A stretch of 64,000 bases of DNA from Eledone cirrhosa (Eukaryota): positions 210,986,001 through 211,050,000 of the forward strand of contig OZ024742.1 in NCBI GenBank assembly GCA_964016885.1, in the 5' to 3' direction. Below, piece by piece: positions 49,485 to 62,669 of this stretch. The notes beneath the pieces were generated by a model. That model searched no databases and was not told the DNA's origin. It saw nothing but the letters and a program-made list of their open reading frames with translations. Each line of letters starts with the position of its first letter. Position 1 is the first letter of the stretch. The position numbers and the translations under genes were made by a program.

Positions 49485-52400
49485 CTGAAAAAGAATTTGC
49501 ATAAATATGTTTGTATGTAACAATGCTGAGAATATGATATATATATATATTTGCAATAAAATAAAATTCTAAAAAAAAAAAAAATCAAATTTTAATCCTT
49601 TCTCTGATTTTTATGCTTATTTCACACATATGCTACATGTTATTATACCAGTGTTCTAGAGTTGTGGTGGAAAGGATGGAATGATATGTATCATCATCAT
49701 CACAGTTTAACATCCATTTTCCACGCCAGCATGAGCCAAACAAGTTATCCCATTGTGAGACATGTTGGATCAAGTGACCATCTCTTGCTCATACAGAACT
49801 GTTTCTGACTTGGTTTCTATGCCTTCTTAACACCAAACACATTTACAGCATGGACTGGGTGCTTTTTATTGTGACACCAAAACGATCAACTGACAGGTTG
49901 GACTGTGTGCATTTTGTCTTGTCATCAACACAACCACCTTAAAGCGTGGACTAGGTGATTTTTGTCTTGTCACTAACACAACCACCTTACAGGGTGGGCT
50001 GGGTGCTTTATGTCGTGTCACCAACATGACCACCTTACAGGGTGGGCTGGGTGCTTTATGTCGTGACACCAACATGACCACCTTACAGGGTGGGCTGGGT
50101 GCTTTATGTTGTGTCACCAACATGACCACTTTACAGGGAGGACTGGGTGTATTTTCTTGTTACCAACATGACCGCTTTACAGGTTGTATGTTTTCAATGA
50201 AAACTCTTAGCAAACCAATTAAAGAATATGTACAATATATTTAAACACATTAGTTTCTATATACATATAAAAATAGATTCTGACAGTAACTATGCCAAAG
50301 TATGTTACTATGTACAATAACTGCCACATATAAAGCCAACAAGGAGGCCACTACATGTTAATTCTACCTGTTAGAAGTAGCAGTCAAATTTCCCTCAATG
50401 TGCCTTACAATCTTTTAAAAAACAAAAAGGGCACAATAACCCTTTAGCATTTAAACCAGTCGTATCTGGCCAGAGTTCTCTCACCTCTTTCTGTCAAAAC
50501 CGGCCATAACCAGCTGCTCATACCGACGTTATTCTCAAAATAAATAATGACATCATCAAAATTTTGTAGATTTGATATTATGTGAGATAGAGCCTTTACC
50601 AGGAAAATACAATAGTAAATATAGAGTAATGTAATCATAGATATCACTGTGCCTGAGAAAAATAAATCCAGGGCTGGTAGATCTTTAAAAGTCAGACGGG
50701 ATACTTTGTTGTATCTGTTCTGGCTCAAATCTCACCTCATACCACTGTTCTACCAGTAATGATTCACAGGAAGTATACAACTTCTCTAGCAAACTGATCA
50801 ATAATTGGTCTAATAAAACAATTCTGAATAGTCTCAAATACCAATTGAAATTCATAAACATACCAGCAATATTCAGGGATTAATACAATTGACTATATCT
50901 CTCTCCTGTACAAACACAGGCTTTGTGTCCCAATGAGAAATTGTTATTAAAGGATCAATTTATAATAATAATAATAATGAAATTATTGTGTAAAGTGCTC
51001 AGGTGCACTACAACTCGTCAATATAGTACATAGAATAATACACAAATGCCAGGGAAGTACATGTTTGTATGTGTTAGCTGTAGTGTTGGCGGATCTCGGG
51101 AAGCATGGAGGCCTTAAAGGATGCAGCGTCTCGACAGCTAACAACTGATGTCGAGACGCTGCATCCTTTAAGGTACATAGAATGGATATCTAAAATTAAA
51201 AACTTCAATTAAACACTTCAACACAAGGTAATTAACAAAATCATGTACATTATATGCAATTTTTAAATTAGAGAAATATCACCATAAAAATACATCTTTT
51301 GGAATAGCAGAAACTAATGTTAAAAAATAATCTTGATTTCTTATAGTAATTACACTTGAGTTAAATAAACTTTGGTAAATCTTGATTTTTGCATAGAAAT
51401 TACTTCAAACTTACCTGGGTACTTGTGATAAAAGCTGATTAGCTAATGTTCTATTTTTGTTAATAAATTCAATAACAAGAGATCCAGGACATGATCCAGG
51501 AATTAAGAACTGACCAGTGGGTGAGACAGCAAATGGACCAGACTGACTGTAAAAATAAATGTAAATAGTATTTGCATGTAGTCATTGAATATAAAACAAG
51601 TAGAGAAACTAATCTGTAATGTGAGTTTGTAACATTGTTCAATTGTGAAGAATGTTTTGGTTTTAAATCCAGATTAATAAGAGACCACAACCAGGAAATA
51701 AACTGGATGTAAGTGTGTATATGTATAACATCATTTTAACGTTTGCTTTCCCTGCTAGCAAAGGTTGAATGGATCTACATTGACCAAATCAATATTGAAG
51801 TGGGGCCATTGATCTCACGGACAGGCCAAGGATCTGCATCTCATGTATGGTTTCACGTTCTACTGAGTGCACAGGAGAGGTTTGTCATGACTTTGATACA
51901 ACTGAAGAGTCCTCCTAACTTGATTGGTGCCTTCTTTTGGCCAGGAAGGGCAAGCAGTTATCCTCTGTTTGGTGGCAGTAGCAAAAAGAGGTTCTGTGGT
52001 GGACAGGTTGAAAGGACTGAAGACGGACACTTTTCTCTTCGGCCAATCTCTGAGCATGCATCTGTCGACTGGTTGATTTGAGGAGGAGAGGGGTGTCCTC
52101 GAAGCGTTGGGTGGTTCAGGATAGGTAGGGTACCTGAGTCGCTCCTGGGTGGTTCTTTCCCTATTGGGGAATTTTTATTGTTGTAATTTTTGTTAATTTA
52201 TTTTTACTCTATTTTATTGTAAACCCCCACTGTCCCTGTTTTTTGTATTGTCCGCTATATGTAGGCCCTTGTGGCCAATAAAGAAATCATTATTATTATT
52301 AATATTGCCGGCCCTTGTGGCCAATAAATGAAATCATTATTATTATTAATATTATTATTGTTATTATTATAATTTACTATGTTTTCCCTGTTAGCAAATA

Positions 52401-55400
52401 AGATAACTTCTAACTCTATTGGCTAAATTCAGTTGCATGAAAATAACTTAGTAAAAAAGAAATAAATTCATTAGAATTCCAATAGAGAGAAGTGAGAAAT
52501 AAGTGAGTGACAAACCATTCCAAAACTAATTCAAAATTTGAAAGATCTTCTTTCAAAAAATATAAACTGGCTTCTAATTGACATCTGCGAAGTGAGTTAA
52601 TTAATTTGTTTAAGAGTTCTTCATATTGCTCAGCCATTAAGGTTGTATGTTTTCTATGCCGACGAACAATTTGAATATTGTTCATAAGGTTTGACAATTC
52701 TTTCTCCATTTGAGGTAATCTTGCCAGGACAGGATCATAAGCCCGAACATTATTGAAGAGCTGAAAATATTGAAATCAGAATCTATTATGTTTATAGACT
52801 TTTTTGAATTATTTTAACCCTTTTGATACCAACCTGCCTAAAACCAATGTAGTTTTATGATAGAAAACTGTCCATTTTAAAATGTTTATATTTATTAATA
52901 AAATCTTCCACCATTATTTTGTCAGAAATTGTTGTTATATAATGTTTCAAATATTTGCTTAATAATAAAAAAGTTAGTTATTTAATTTATTTCCTCCAAA
53001 TTTATATGATTTCTTTCAAAATAAATTACAATATATAGGATAGGCAGTGTGTTTCATTAGAGATGAGGTAACAAAATAAATTACAATAGATAGGCAGTGT
53101 GTTTCATTAGAGATACAGTAACAAAAGGGTTAAGGATGTTGAACACTTAAACTTAAATTTAAAAACTGCAGTCATTGACTTTCATATAAAACAGATAAAA
53201 ATGTTATATTCATTAAAATAACTTTAATAAATTCATTAACATAAAGATAGTAAAATAACTTTTTAAAATACTTTTTTTTTCATTAGTCTTTAATTCTAAT
53301 TGCAATATTCTCTCTAATTTTTAAAGAAAAAAAGGGTAAATAAAATGTATACATATATATTTGTGTACATGCATACACACATATACATATATATGTTTGT
53401 GTACACAAATATATACATATATGTGTTCGGGTGTATGCATGTACACAAACATATATGTGTTCGGGTGTATGCATGTACACAAACATATATACATATATGT
53501 GTTCGGGTGTATGCATGTACACAAACATATATACATATATTTGTTCGTGTGTATGTACACAAATATATACAAATACTGAGTAGAATAACAGATAGTGTGC
53601 TCCAGTCAACCACAATCCCATATCTATATTGATCATGTTATAGGTTTCTTTTCAACATCTAAAGTCTATCTCAAGCACTGAGTCTCATCAGGTCGGTGCT
53701 TATCCCAGTTTCTGTGGCGTTAAACAACTAAGAGTACAAGACTTATGATCATAAATCCAACACCCTAATCACTAGGCCAAGCACTTCCACTTTTCATCAT
53801 CATCATCATTTAATATTTATTTTCCCTGCTAGCACTAAGTCAGTATGCAAGCAGGTCTACTGACTTTTCAGATAAAGACTGAACTCTATTTTCTCAACAC
53901 CCAGATCTATATAAATAATTGTTTCTACTTTTGGCACAAGGCCAGCAATTACCCAGTGCATTACTGGTACTTTATTTTATCGACCCCATAAAGATGAAAG
54001 ACAAAGTTAACCTCGGCGAGATTTGAGCTCAGATCATAAAGGGCCGTAACTCATTGCTGCAAAGTATGGCGTCCGACCCTCTACCGATACTGCCAATTCC
54101 CCGCCTTTTAAAAATAGCAATTAAATTTCCCTCAAATCATATACTACTGTCTTAAAGAAAAAGACCCATCGATAATGCAAACCTGGATAAGCTAAATTAT
54201 AAACTAAAAGATAAGTGATAATGGTTGGAATGCCTTTTAATCATGTCTTCCAAGGGTGGTGGATTGGCAGAATTGGTAGAGTGTTGGATGTCATTGCAGT
54301 ATTTGTTCTGGCTTTTAACATTCTGAGTTAAAATCCAGCCACAGTCAACTTTGGCGTTCATCCTTTCTGGATTGATAATAGAGTACCAGTTAAGTACTGA
54401 GGTCAATGTAATCAACCATCCCCATTAAATTTGCTGGGCTTGTGCCTAAATAAGAAATTAATCATAGATCTTCTAGATCAGAGCTAACAATGGTGTAGAC
54501 TATGTTCATGATCCCATCACCAGCTCCAACAACAATAAACTGAATTCTTTAAATTGGAGAAGCACATGACTTTCTTTAGAAAGTCTAAGAACTGGAATAA
54601 AGTTAAATACATAACATATTTCTTACCATTTGCTGAGATGTAGAAATAAAAGCAATGCTTTGCATACTAACAAATATAGTTTGACTTACAGACATCCAAA
54701 AGGTTGGAACATGTTCAGTACTGATGATGATTTCACCATGAAGATTTACGCCAGTAGAACTTGCAAATACCAATATTCTATCTAAGAGATAAAGAAAATA
54801 TTTCCTTTCATTTTCAAGTTTAATGTCTATGAACCAATTTATTAAGTTTAAAGGATTTTTTCATTTTCATTTATTGAACCAGCATCTAGTACACAAAATC
54901 CAGTTCATCAACTGAAATATTTCAGAAGAATGGAGTGAGATTACCTTTATGCATTTTGGAGATTACTGTCTCCTCATCAAAAGATAACTACCTTGATGAT
55001 TCTGTCTACAGAGAAATCTTAATATAGCATCACTATATATGTCAAATAGGATGTAAAATTTAATGTAGATATAACTATAAATTTTCTTTTAATTAGAAGC
55101 TTTGTTGTGGAAAGAATAACTTCTAATTCAAAATCTGTAGTTATATCTGCATTAAATTTACCTTACATCTTCTAATATATGTTGTTCTAGCATAAATATA
55201 TTTTATATAATTGATTGCATGCAAATTAGACTCATCATCATCATCATTGTCATTTTTATGCCTGCTTTTCCATGCTTGCATGGGTTGGACAGGTCCTTCT
55301 CAGCACAGCATCTCTCCACATATCACAATCCTTTGTCATTGCCTCTGTGAGTTTCAGTTATTTGAGGACAGCTCTCACAACCTCTGCCATGGTTTTTCTT

Positions 55401-57611
55401 GGTCTACCTCTACTGTGACTTCCTTCTTGGCACTTCTTCACCCAACGATTATTGTCCATGCACTGAATATGTTAATCATCAAAATTTCAACCTCACACAT
55501 CTATCTAGTATTTACTATCTAGTTGTTGTACAGTTATTATTTTTTCTGCAAATTTAATGGCTTTCAGTTTAAATGATGCACCATAGACAATCCATTTTGT
55601 TTTCATATTTAAATCCATTTGTATTTTCTAAAATTATTAGATACTCTCGGGTCCCAAATAACAGGGGAGTTTGGAATAAGCGGGGGTAATTTTTCTAGGT
55701 TGTCTCTGTTGATTTTTATAAAAACTAGAATTAGTGGTTTAGTTTACATATTGAGACCCCAAGCCAACTCATTTATTTTATAACGTATGTGTAATGTTTT
55801 TTAATGTATAAAGAAAACTTTCACCAAAGATAGATTAGCAAAATTTAATAAGTGGGAAGGTTGGAATAAGAGTGAGGGTATTTGGAAAAAAATCCGAAAA
55901 ATTAATAAGCAGCAGGGGTCGATAATCAAACAAGTTCACACAAATATTTTTCTCTCCACATGTTTATTTTGCAGTTTAAATTTACCAATAATAGTAAACA
56001 TTATTTATATAGTGGTATACTTATAAAGTAGTATTATTTATTTATCTAACTTTTATTGTTTTGTTTTTCTCAAATCATTCATTTTTGTTCCAAATAGGTA
56101 CTGTGTGTCAACAGACGGAGGAATATCTGTTTACCAAACAACTTCACAGCATGGAAATTATTGCCCTATTATTCAAGCAGGAAAAAGTGTATATTTTAAC
56201 AATAGCCAGGCTTCAGTTGTAAAAATAATCTTATCAAAATATGACAGATCGTATATAGTCCCTTTATTAATTAATTTTGTCAATTTCCTGTCTTTGAAAC
56301 AAACAACATTCAATTACACTGATTCCCAAATAACAAGTATTGCTGATGTATTAAATACCATTTGTAAATGATTGTTATCAACGTGTATTTGCAATCTTGC
56401 CATCTGAAATGAATATTTTTAAGCTCAATAAAAAATTTCTGAAAACGTGTACTTGTATATAATATGACACCCACTCCCTCTTTTTCCCCTTAATTTTAGT
56501 TCAAAATTTTTTGTATTATACACAGGGAAATATGGTAGCTTTTGATGATATGGCCTTTGACAAATTACTACAATTTGTATGTAATCTGGTGGTCTCCAAG
56601 AAAACTAGGTGTAGATAAAAGGCCCATGATGCAAGATACTTAAAAATATGCTGACAGTAAAGTGAAATTAGACTATGAAATTAGTGAGAAATTCAGTGAA
56701 AAGGTTGCTATTCATGACCCAGTCTTTTTCATTATAGTTCTCCAAGCCATAATAAAGGAGTGAATAACCAACTGTACATGGGAACTACTATTTGTTGATA
56801 ACCTAGTATAGCTATCTGAATCTGCAGATGACTTAACAAAGAAAATCTAGATGAGGAAAGAAAACCTAGAATCAAAATGTCTCAGAGTAAAGTAAGCAAA
56901 GACTAAAGTTTTGTTAAGTAAGACAGACAACAGGACTTGGATGTCATTAGTGAAATGGTCATGCTCAGTATATAGAAAAAGAGCAGGTAGAAATCTATAT
57001 GGTGTACCCAGTTTAAATTATGAGTATAAGAGGAATCAAATGAAGTGTGCAGAATAGAAGTTTGCACTGGTATGGACATGTAATATATATATAGTTGATA
57101 ATTGAAGAAACTACAAAGGTGATGCCTGGACAAAAGTGGTGAAAACTAATTTCAGCACACTGAACCTCACAAAGGAAAGGAACAAGAGAAAGGATATTAT
57201 ACTGGAGAGGACCTCATCTAACTTATGCAACCACTGGTGGTGGTGGTGGTCGTGATGATGATGATGATGATGATTATGGTGATGATGAAACTATTCAGGT
57301 TCAATTAAAATAGCATAATTATTACTTTATTTTAATTTTATAAACCTAAACAGGCGAAATATTTTCAAAATTTATATTATAACTTGCCTTTAAGAATGTT
57401 TTCAATTTTGCTAGTATTTTCAGCGTATAAACGATCAAAACTCTTTAGACAACCTCGAAAATGGATATTTCCCCATGCACTCTCCCATCGAAGTTCTCGG
57501 AGCCTCAATTTTTTCTTCAAAGCTAGACTAAGACGGTCAATTTCATCCTGAATGACTAGAGTAGCCAAAGATAGCTGCTGGATTTCATTGCTGTTCTTTT
57601 CTAACCATGTT
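49244..57611 (-). CDS. TCAIM: TCAIM (T-cell activation inhibitor, mitochondrial; C3orf23/DUF4461), last five exons
   Basis: Five phase-consistent exons totalling 934 nt. C-terminus VSHYYSVMQDGRICIPWDWK matches recalled human ISHFYSVMQDGDLCIPWNWK. I found no further upstream exons in the window. Confidence 0.9.
49840..50180. repeat. 48-bp minisatellite derived from the RTE 3'UTR unit
   Basis: caccttacagggtgggctgggtgctttatgtcgtgtcaccaacatgac, about 7 copies; relatives near 34790 and 58840. Confidence 0.85.
50962..51173 (-). mobile_element. Short CR1 3' end, same family as 26672
   Basis: Near-identical to 26672-26858. Confidence 0.9.
51415..51546 (-). CDS. TCAIM: TCAIM exon (QSGPFAVSPTGQFLIPGSCPGS...)
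   Basis: ttttacag / gtaagt, 132 nt. Confidence 0.88.
51915..52345 (+). mobile_element. L1/Tx1-like LINE 3' end with duplicated tail
   Basis: CLVAVAK/EVLWWT/LKGLKTDTFL fragments; tail gcccttgtggccaataaagaaatc(ATT)n present twice. Confidence 0.5.
52516..52760 (-). CDS. TCAIM: TCAIM exon (LFNNV...MEKELSNLM...ELVLE)
   Basis: ttttcag / gtttgt, 245 nt; overlaps ORF 52416..52709. Confidence 0.88.
52818..53129. mobile_element. piggyBac-like MITE, second family, with internal ~50-bp duplication
   Basis: TTAA|cccttttgatac ... gtaacaaaaggg|TTAA. Confidence 0.7.
53345..53570. repeat. 42-bp minisatellite
   Basis: gtacacaaacatatatacatatatgtgttcgggtgtatgcat units. Confidence 0.85.
54690..54781 (-). CDS. 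TCAIM: TCAIM exon (RILVFASSTGVNLHGEIIISTEHVPTFW)
   Basis: cttag / gtaagt; cf. human IFTDRSGMSAVGHVMLGTMDVHHHW. Confidence 0.87.
57388..57611 (-). CDS. TCAIM: TCAIM exon (TWLEKN...LRWESAWGNIHFRGCL...)
   Basis: ttgacag acceptor, AG|GCAAGT donor; cf. human SWLDNN...IRWQRSWGIAH. Confidence 0.87.
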
Positions 57612-59206
57612 CTGTCAATGAAAGCAATTAAGAATGAACAAAACTAAAATAATTCAATAATACAAAGACAGCTTCATAATTTACAGAATTAACTCTCTTT
57701 TACCACATTTCTAATGAAAGACACTTCCTATATTTGTATGGATTCAGTAATACAACTAACTTTTTCATTATTAGGGCGGTGGATTGGCAGTATCAGTAGA
57801 GCTTCGGAAAACATGCTTTTCAGCATGGAGTTACGGCCCTTTGCGTTCTGAGTTCAAATCCCACCGAGGTTAGCTTTGCCTTTCATCCTTACGGGGTGGG
57901 ATCGATAAAATAAAGCACCAGTAATGCACTGGGGTCGATTTAATAGAATTTCCTCTCCCCTTCAAACTGCTGGCCTTGTGCATTATTAAACTAATATTTG
58001 AAACAACAAAACTTTGTTTCATAAGATTATGATTTGAATATAAAAGCAACCAGTCCACCCTTTTAAATGGTTACACTGTTGACATGAAGAAAAAGCAACC
58101 AATCCACACTATAACATGGTTGGCCTTAAGAAAGGCATCCAGCTGTAGAAACCAAGCCAAAATACAGATCCATATGAGCAAGACATGGTCTCTATCTCCT
58201 GGCCTGACTTGTCTCATAACACGACAACCTGTCAAAGCCATGCAAGCGTGGAAAAATAGACATTAAATGATGATGAAATGCTTCAAAATAAATGAATGTA
58301 TTATAGAACCAGAAAGCTTTAGATAAACCATGACAACCTGGTGCAAAATTGTTGAGATTTACTCAAGAATTTTACACGTTTTTCATAGAAAGTACGAAAA
58401 GTGCATTATATTTAATATTCCAATCATAATGAAGGACAGTGGATTGGCAGTATCAGTAGAGCATCAGACAACATGCTTTATGGCATAGAGTTACAGCCTT
58501 TTATGATCTGAGTTCAAATCCTGCTGGGGTTAGCTTTGCCTTTCATCCTTGCAGGATCGATAAAATTAAGTACCAGTAATGCACTGATGTCGATTTAGTC
58601 AACTTCCCCCCTCTCCCAAAATTGTTAACCGTATGCATAAATCAGAAACCAATATTCCAATCATAATAAATAAAGAAATATTTTAGAATTTAAAATTCAG
58701 ACATATTTTTATAATCCCAATCAACAACCTAACTAATTATTGAATTTAAATTTTGATAACATGAAGCAATATAAATAAGTAACATAAAAGAAAAATGTCT
58801 TAATTTCAACATAACTTTCTTTCATGCTGAAATGATCTGTATAGTGGTAGTTCTGCTGACATAACAAAAAGTACCCAATCCACTCTGTAAGGTGGTTATG
58901 CTGGTGACTCAACAAAAAGCACCCAATCTGCCCTGTAATGTGGTTGTTCTAGTGACATGATAAAAAGCACCTATCCTAACCAGTAAAGTAGTTATGCTTG
59001 TGTCTCAACAAAAAGCACCCAGTCCACCCTGGAAGGTGGGTGCATTGGTGCCATGATAAAAATCACCCATGCTGTAACATGGTTGCCATGAGGAAGAGTA
59101 TCTAGCTGTAGAAACCAAACAAAAAACAGATCTTTTAGCACTCAACATAGTTTCCAGACTGTGATGTAATCACGCAGGATTATGTACAATGGAGTTTTGT
59201 ATAAAA

Positions 59207-59412
59207 ATGAAGAATAAGGCAGTATACTGGAATATCAAATAATTTTAATCATTATACCCTTGCTGTTGTAGGCAGTTCAATAGTATCAATTATGTAATTC
59301 ATACTGACGAGATTATATTAATTACATAATTGATACCATTGAAATGTGTATAACAGCAATGACATAATTAATAAAATAGTGTAAGACTCCAGAATACTGC
59401 CTTATTCTTCAT
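59207..59412. repeat. Long imperfect palindrome
   Basis: atgaagaataaggcagtatactgga / tccagaatactgccttattcttcat plus inner arms. Confidence 0.85.
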
Positions 59413-59579
59413 AATATATTCCCATGTGCATGGAATGAAGCAACATCTGATGATCTCTAGTACGCACCATGCACCACCTCCATAAACCCCCACGTGTTAA
59501 AACCCTACCCTTCACCAGCTAAGTATCCCACTCTAGACCTATCTCTCCAAACATGCAGCCCCAACATTCTACTTCTGAT

Positions 59580-61560
59580 TCTGGGTATGGTCAGCTTTTA
59601 TCACCTCATCCCAGATCTTCTTGGGTCTCCCCACTCTGCGGTTTCCATCGACTTCTAGTGCTCTGCACCTTATTATGCAGCTATCACCCTTCATATGCAT
59701 CACATGTCCATACCAACGCAACCGCCTCTCCTGCACACAGCATTTGATTCCTCTTATGCTCAGTCTTTCTCTCAATTCATTTATGCTTTGCCATTCGAGT
59801 ATATTAGTATTACACATCCATTGGAGCATGCAAGCTTTGTTTCTTTCTAATCTTCGCAAGACTTCTACAGACAGCGCCCAGGTCTCACTACTGTTCGTAT
59901 ACACGCATCATACAGTCTGCCTTTCATTTTGAGGGAAAAACCTTTTGCAGCTAGCAGTGGCAGTAACACCTTGAACTTCTTCCATCCCGTTCTTACCCTA
60001 GTTATTGTACTTTCCGAACACCCACATCCGCTACTAATTCAGTCACCTAGGTAGCAGAAGCTGTCTACTGTTTCTACAGAGCCTTCCAAGAGTTTGGTGG
60101 TGCTTCTTTCCTGTGGCTGTTTGCTGCTTGCTGTCTCAGCACAGCTGCTGCATGTGAAGCTTACATTCTTAGTTAAGCTTCCTGAGATCCCACTACATCT
60201 TGTGTACCCATTGTTTGCATTTGGAGTAGAAAATGGAGTTCCTACCTACACCTTTCCTACATACTGAACAAGGCCATTTCCCTGAGCGGATCTGGGTTCT
60301 GTTTTCTCGTCTACTTACAAGGACCTTAGTCTTTGTCAGGTTGACTTTGAGACCCTTTCTTTCTAGTCCCTGCTTCCATGTTTGGAATTTCTTCTCTAGT
60401 TCTACCATAGATTCAGCTATAAGTGCGAGGTCATCTGCATACAGGAGTTCCCTATGGGCAACCGGTCTTAAACTCCTCCGTTATTGCCTGCAAAACTATG
60501 AACAGGAGAGGGCTAAGAACAGAGCCCTGGTGGACACCGACCGACCTGTATACTAAATTCCTCGCTATAGTCATTGCTAATCATAACTTTGTTGACTGCC
60601 CCCTTATACATGGCTTGTACAGCTTTCATAAGCCATTCATCTACTCCTAGTTTTCTAAGAGCCCACCAGATTATAGCACAGAGGACTCTGTCAAAGGCTT
60701 TCTCCAGATCGACGAATGCCAGTTAGAGAAGCTTACTTTTAGCTAGGTACTTTTCCTGTAACTGCCTCACAAGGAAGAGGGCATCAGTGGTGCCTTTTCC
60801 TGGCACAAACCCAAATTGCATCTCATCTAGTTTCACCCGGTCCCTAATCAACTGTGCTATAACTCTTTCTGTTACTTTCATGACCTGGTCCATCAGCTTT
60901 ATACCTCTATAGTTTCCTCTATCTAGTGGATCACCTTTACCCTTCTAGCAGTTGACAATGATGCTGCTGCACCAATCCTTTGGTATGACACCTTCTAGTA
61001 TTACCTGGTTAACAATATGTGTGGTTATAGTGTGACATACCGACCCAGATGCCTTCAGCATCTCGGCAGCTATACCCGATGGACCGGTTGCCTTGCCTGT
61101 CTTCATATCTTTAATTACCTTACTTACTACGCCGCTGCTGACTTGTACTGCTGGTCTCTCTATAGGGTCCACTTGGGGTAGGGTCTCTTTTTCCCATGCA
61201 TTCTCCTCATTTAGTAATCTTTCATAATGGCTCTTCTACGCATCTTTCTTCTCAGCACTTGTGACGGCAAGCTCACCTTTATCATTCCGGATACACTTCT
61301 CTCCAATGACATCACAATTCTCTCTGGCACATTGCCTTGCAATCTTGAACACCTCCTGTTTCTGGTCCTCACGTTGCAAGACATGCTTGAATTTTCTATC
61401 CTCCGCTTCCCTACAAGCTAAGTATACTTGCCGCCTAGCTTCCCTCCTGGTCTCTATGTAATGTGCCCTGCTTCCCCCGTTCCTCCATTCTTTCCATGCC
61501 TGTCTCTTGGCCTTAACTGCCTTATCTACCTTATTGTTCCACCAGCAAGTCACTCTCATC
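59580..61560 (-). mobile_element. RTE LINE remnant (~2 kb)
   Basis: GKATGPSGIAAEMLK, GLKVNLTKTKV, RRLRWYGHV. Confidence 0.9.
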
Positions 61561-61654
61561 AGGACAATAATTTAGGATTTGGAGGATACATATCCTAAAG
61601 AAATACAAGAATCCACAGTCTATAATATATATAGAGAGAGAGGGAGAGAGAGAG

Positions 61655-62329
61655 AGAGAATTAAACTCTCTACCTACACGGAATCGTTTCTCTCACTATT
61701 CAACATATAAGTGTGCACTCTGCTTTCCTTTTTGGTTGGTATCTTAACGATGCTGGCTTAATTAAAGCATTGAGTGAGTGACAGAACAGTTGGAGATACA
61801 CCTGTTCTTCTGATGACTTTGTTTCAATATTATTATTTTAACTCCCAGGATAAGCCACATACAAATTGAAAGTTGTACATTTTACTCTGTTTTATAGTTC
61901 AATTTTTATTAATTGTTTGCAATTTTGTCTTTGCTTTCTATACTGAAGGTCTGGTCGAGTGCTTCCATGGCACATTCTTTTCTTTTTTCAATTTGTAAAA
62001 ATGACCAGCGTGTTCCTCAAAAATAGGAAATACTAGCTTAGCTCCCTTCCACTGTCACATGACATTGATAGTGGTGTGGACTACTGTAACGGCCATTCCA
62101 CATCGTATAGAGTGAGCTAGTGTTTGACCTGTTCCAAGGAGGCTAACTCCCCGCCAATGAAGTTACTCTTAGTCAATTAAATAAAGTTTAATAGCATTAC
62201 CTAATTTCTGAACACGGCAGTCCAACATGGACTGCTGCCAACAGATGGGGTAACAGAAACTAGTGCATTAGTCCAGGAGCAGAGAATTAAATTCTCTACC
62301 TACACAAAATCGTTTCTTTCAGTATTTAA
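61655..62329 (+). mobile_element. 626-bp unit with ~48-bp terminal direct repeat and decayed hammerhead
   Basis: agagaattaaa.tctctacctacac..aatcgtttct at 61655 and 62281; hammerhead-like fold at 62147-62279. Confidence 0.6.
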
Positions 62330-62669
62330 TTTGCTTCATGTAAGCAGAGGTTGAAGAAATCAAAATCGGTATTCAAGCATCTCTTATTAGATGAAAATAT
62401 TCCACCTTTCATCTGTGCATAAATAACACTTCCTTCATCCATTTATGTAGGGTCTCATTCTTTCTTGGCTCATCCATTTAATGAAGAAACTGTGTCAGTA
62501 TCTCTGAGATTCCACACATGGCTTGGAAACTTCATGGTTTCAGAAACCTATCATGACCCACAGATTCTTCATGTGTAAGTTTGGCAACCCGCTTTAACCT
62601 GCTCTATATATCCAAGTACCCCACTCAACAAGAACATTAACTGCCCACAATGAACCTCCAATAAATTGA

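Noticed and set aside
49840-50180. CRISPR-like periodic array and repetitive ORF (HKAPSPPCKVV)
   Set aside because: Contiguous 48-bp tandem units with no unique spacers; derived from a retroposon UTR; eukaryotic context with no cas genes.
53283-53636. Five overlapping ORFs
   Set aside because: Artefact of the low-complexity 42-bp minisatellite.
61810-61830. CTGATGA motif; also at 5396, 8122(-), 37435 and 53686(-)
   Set aside because: No matching GAAA with pairable stems; some lie in exons.
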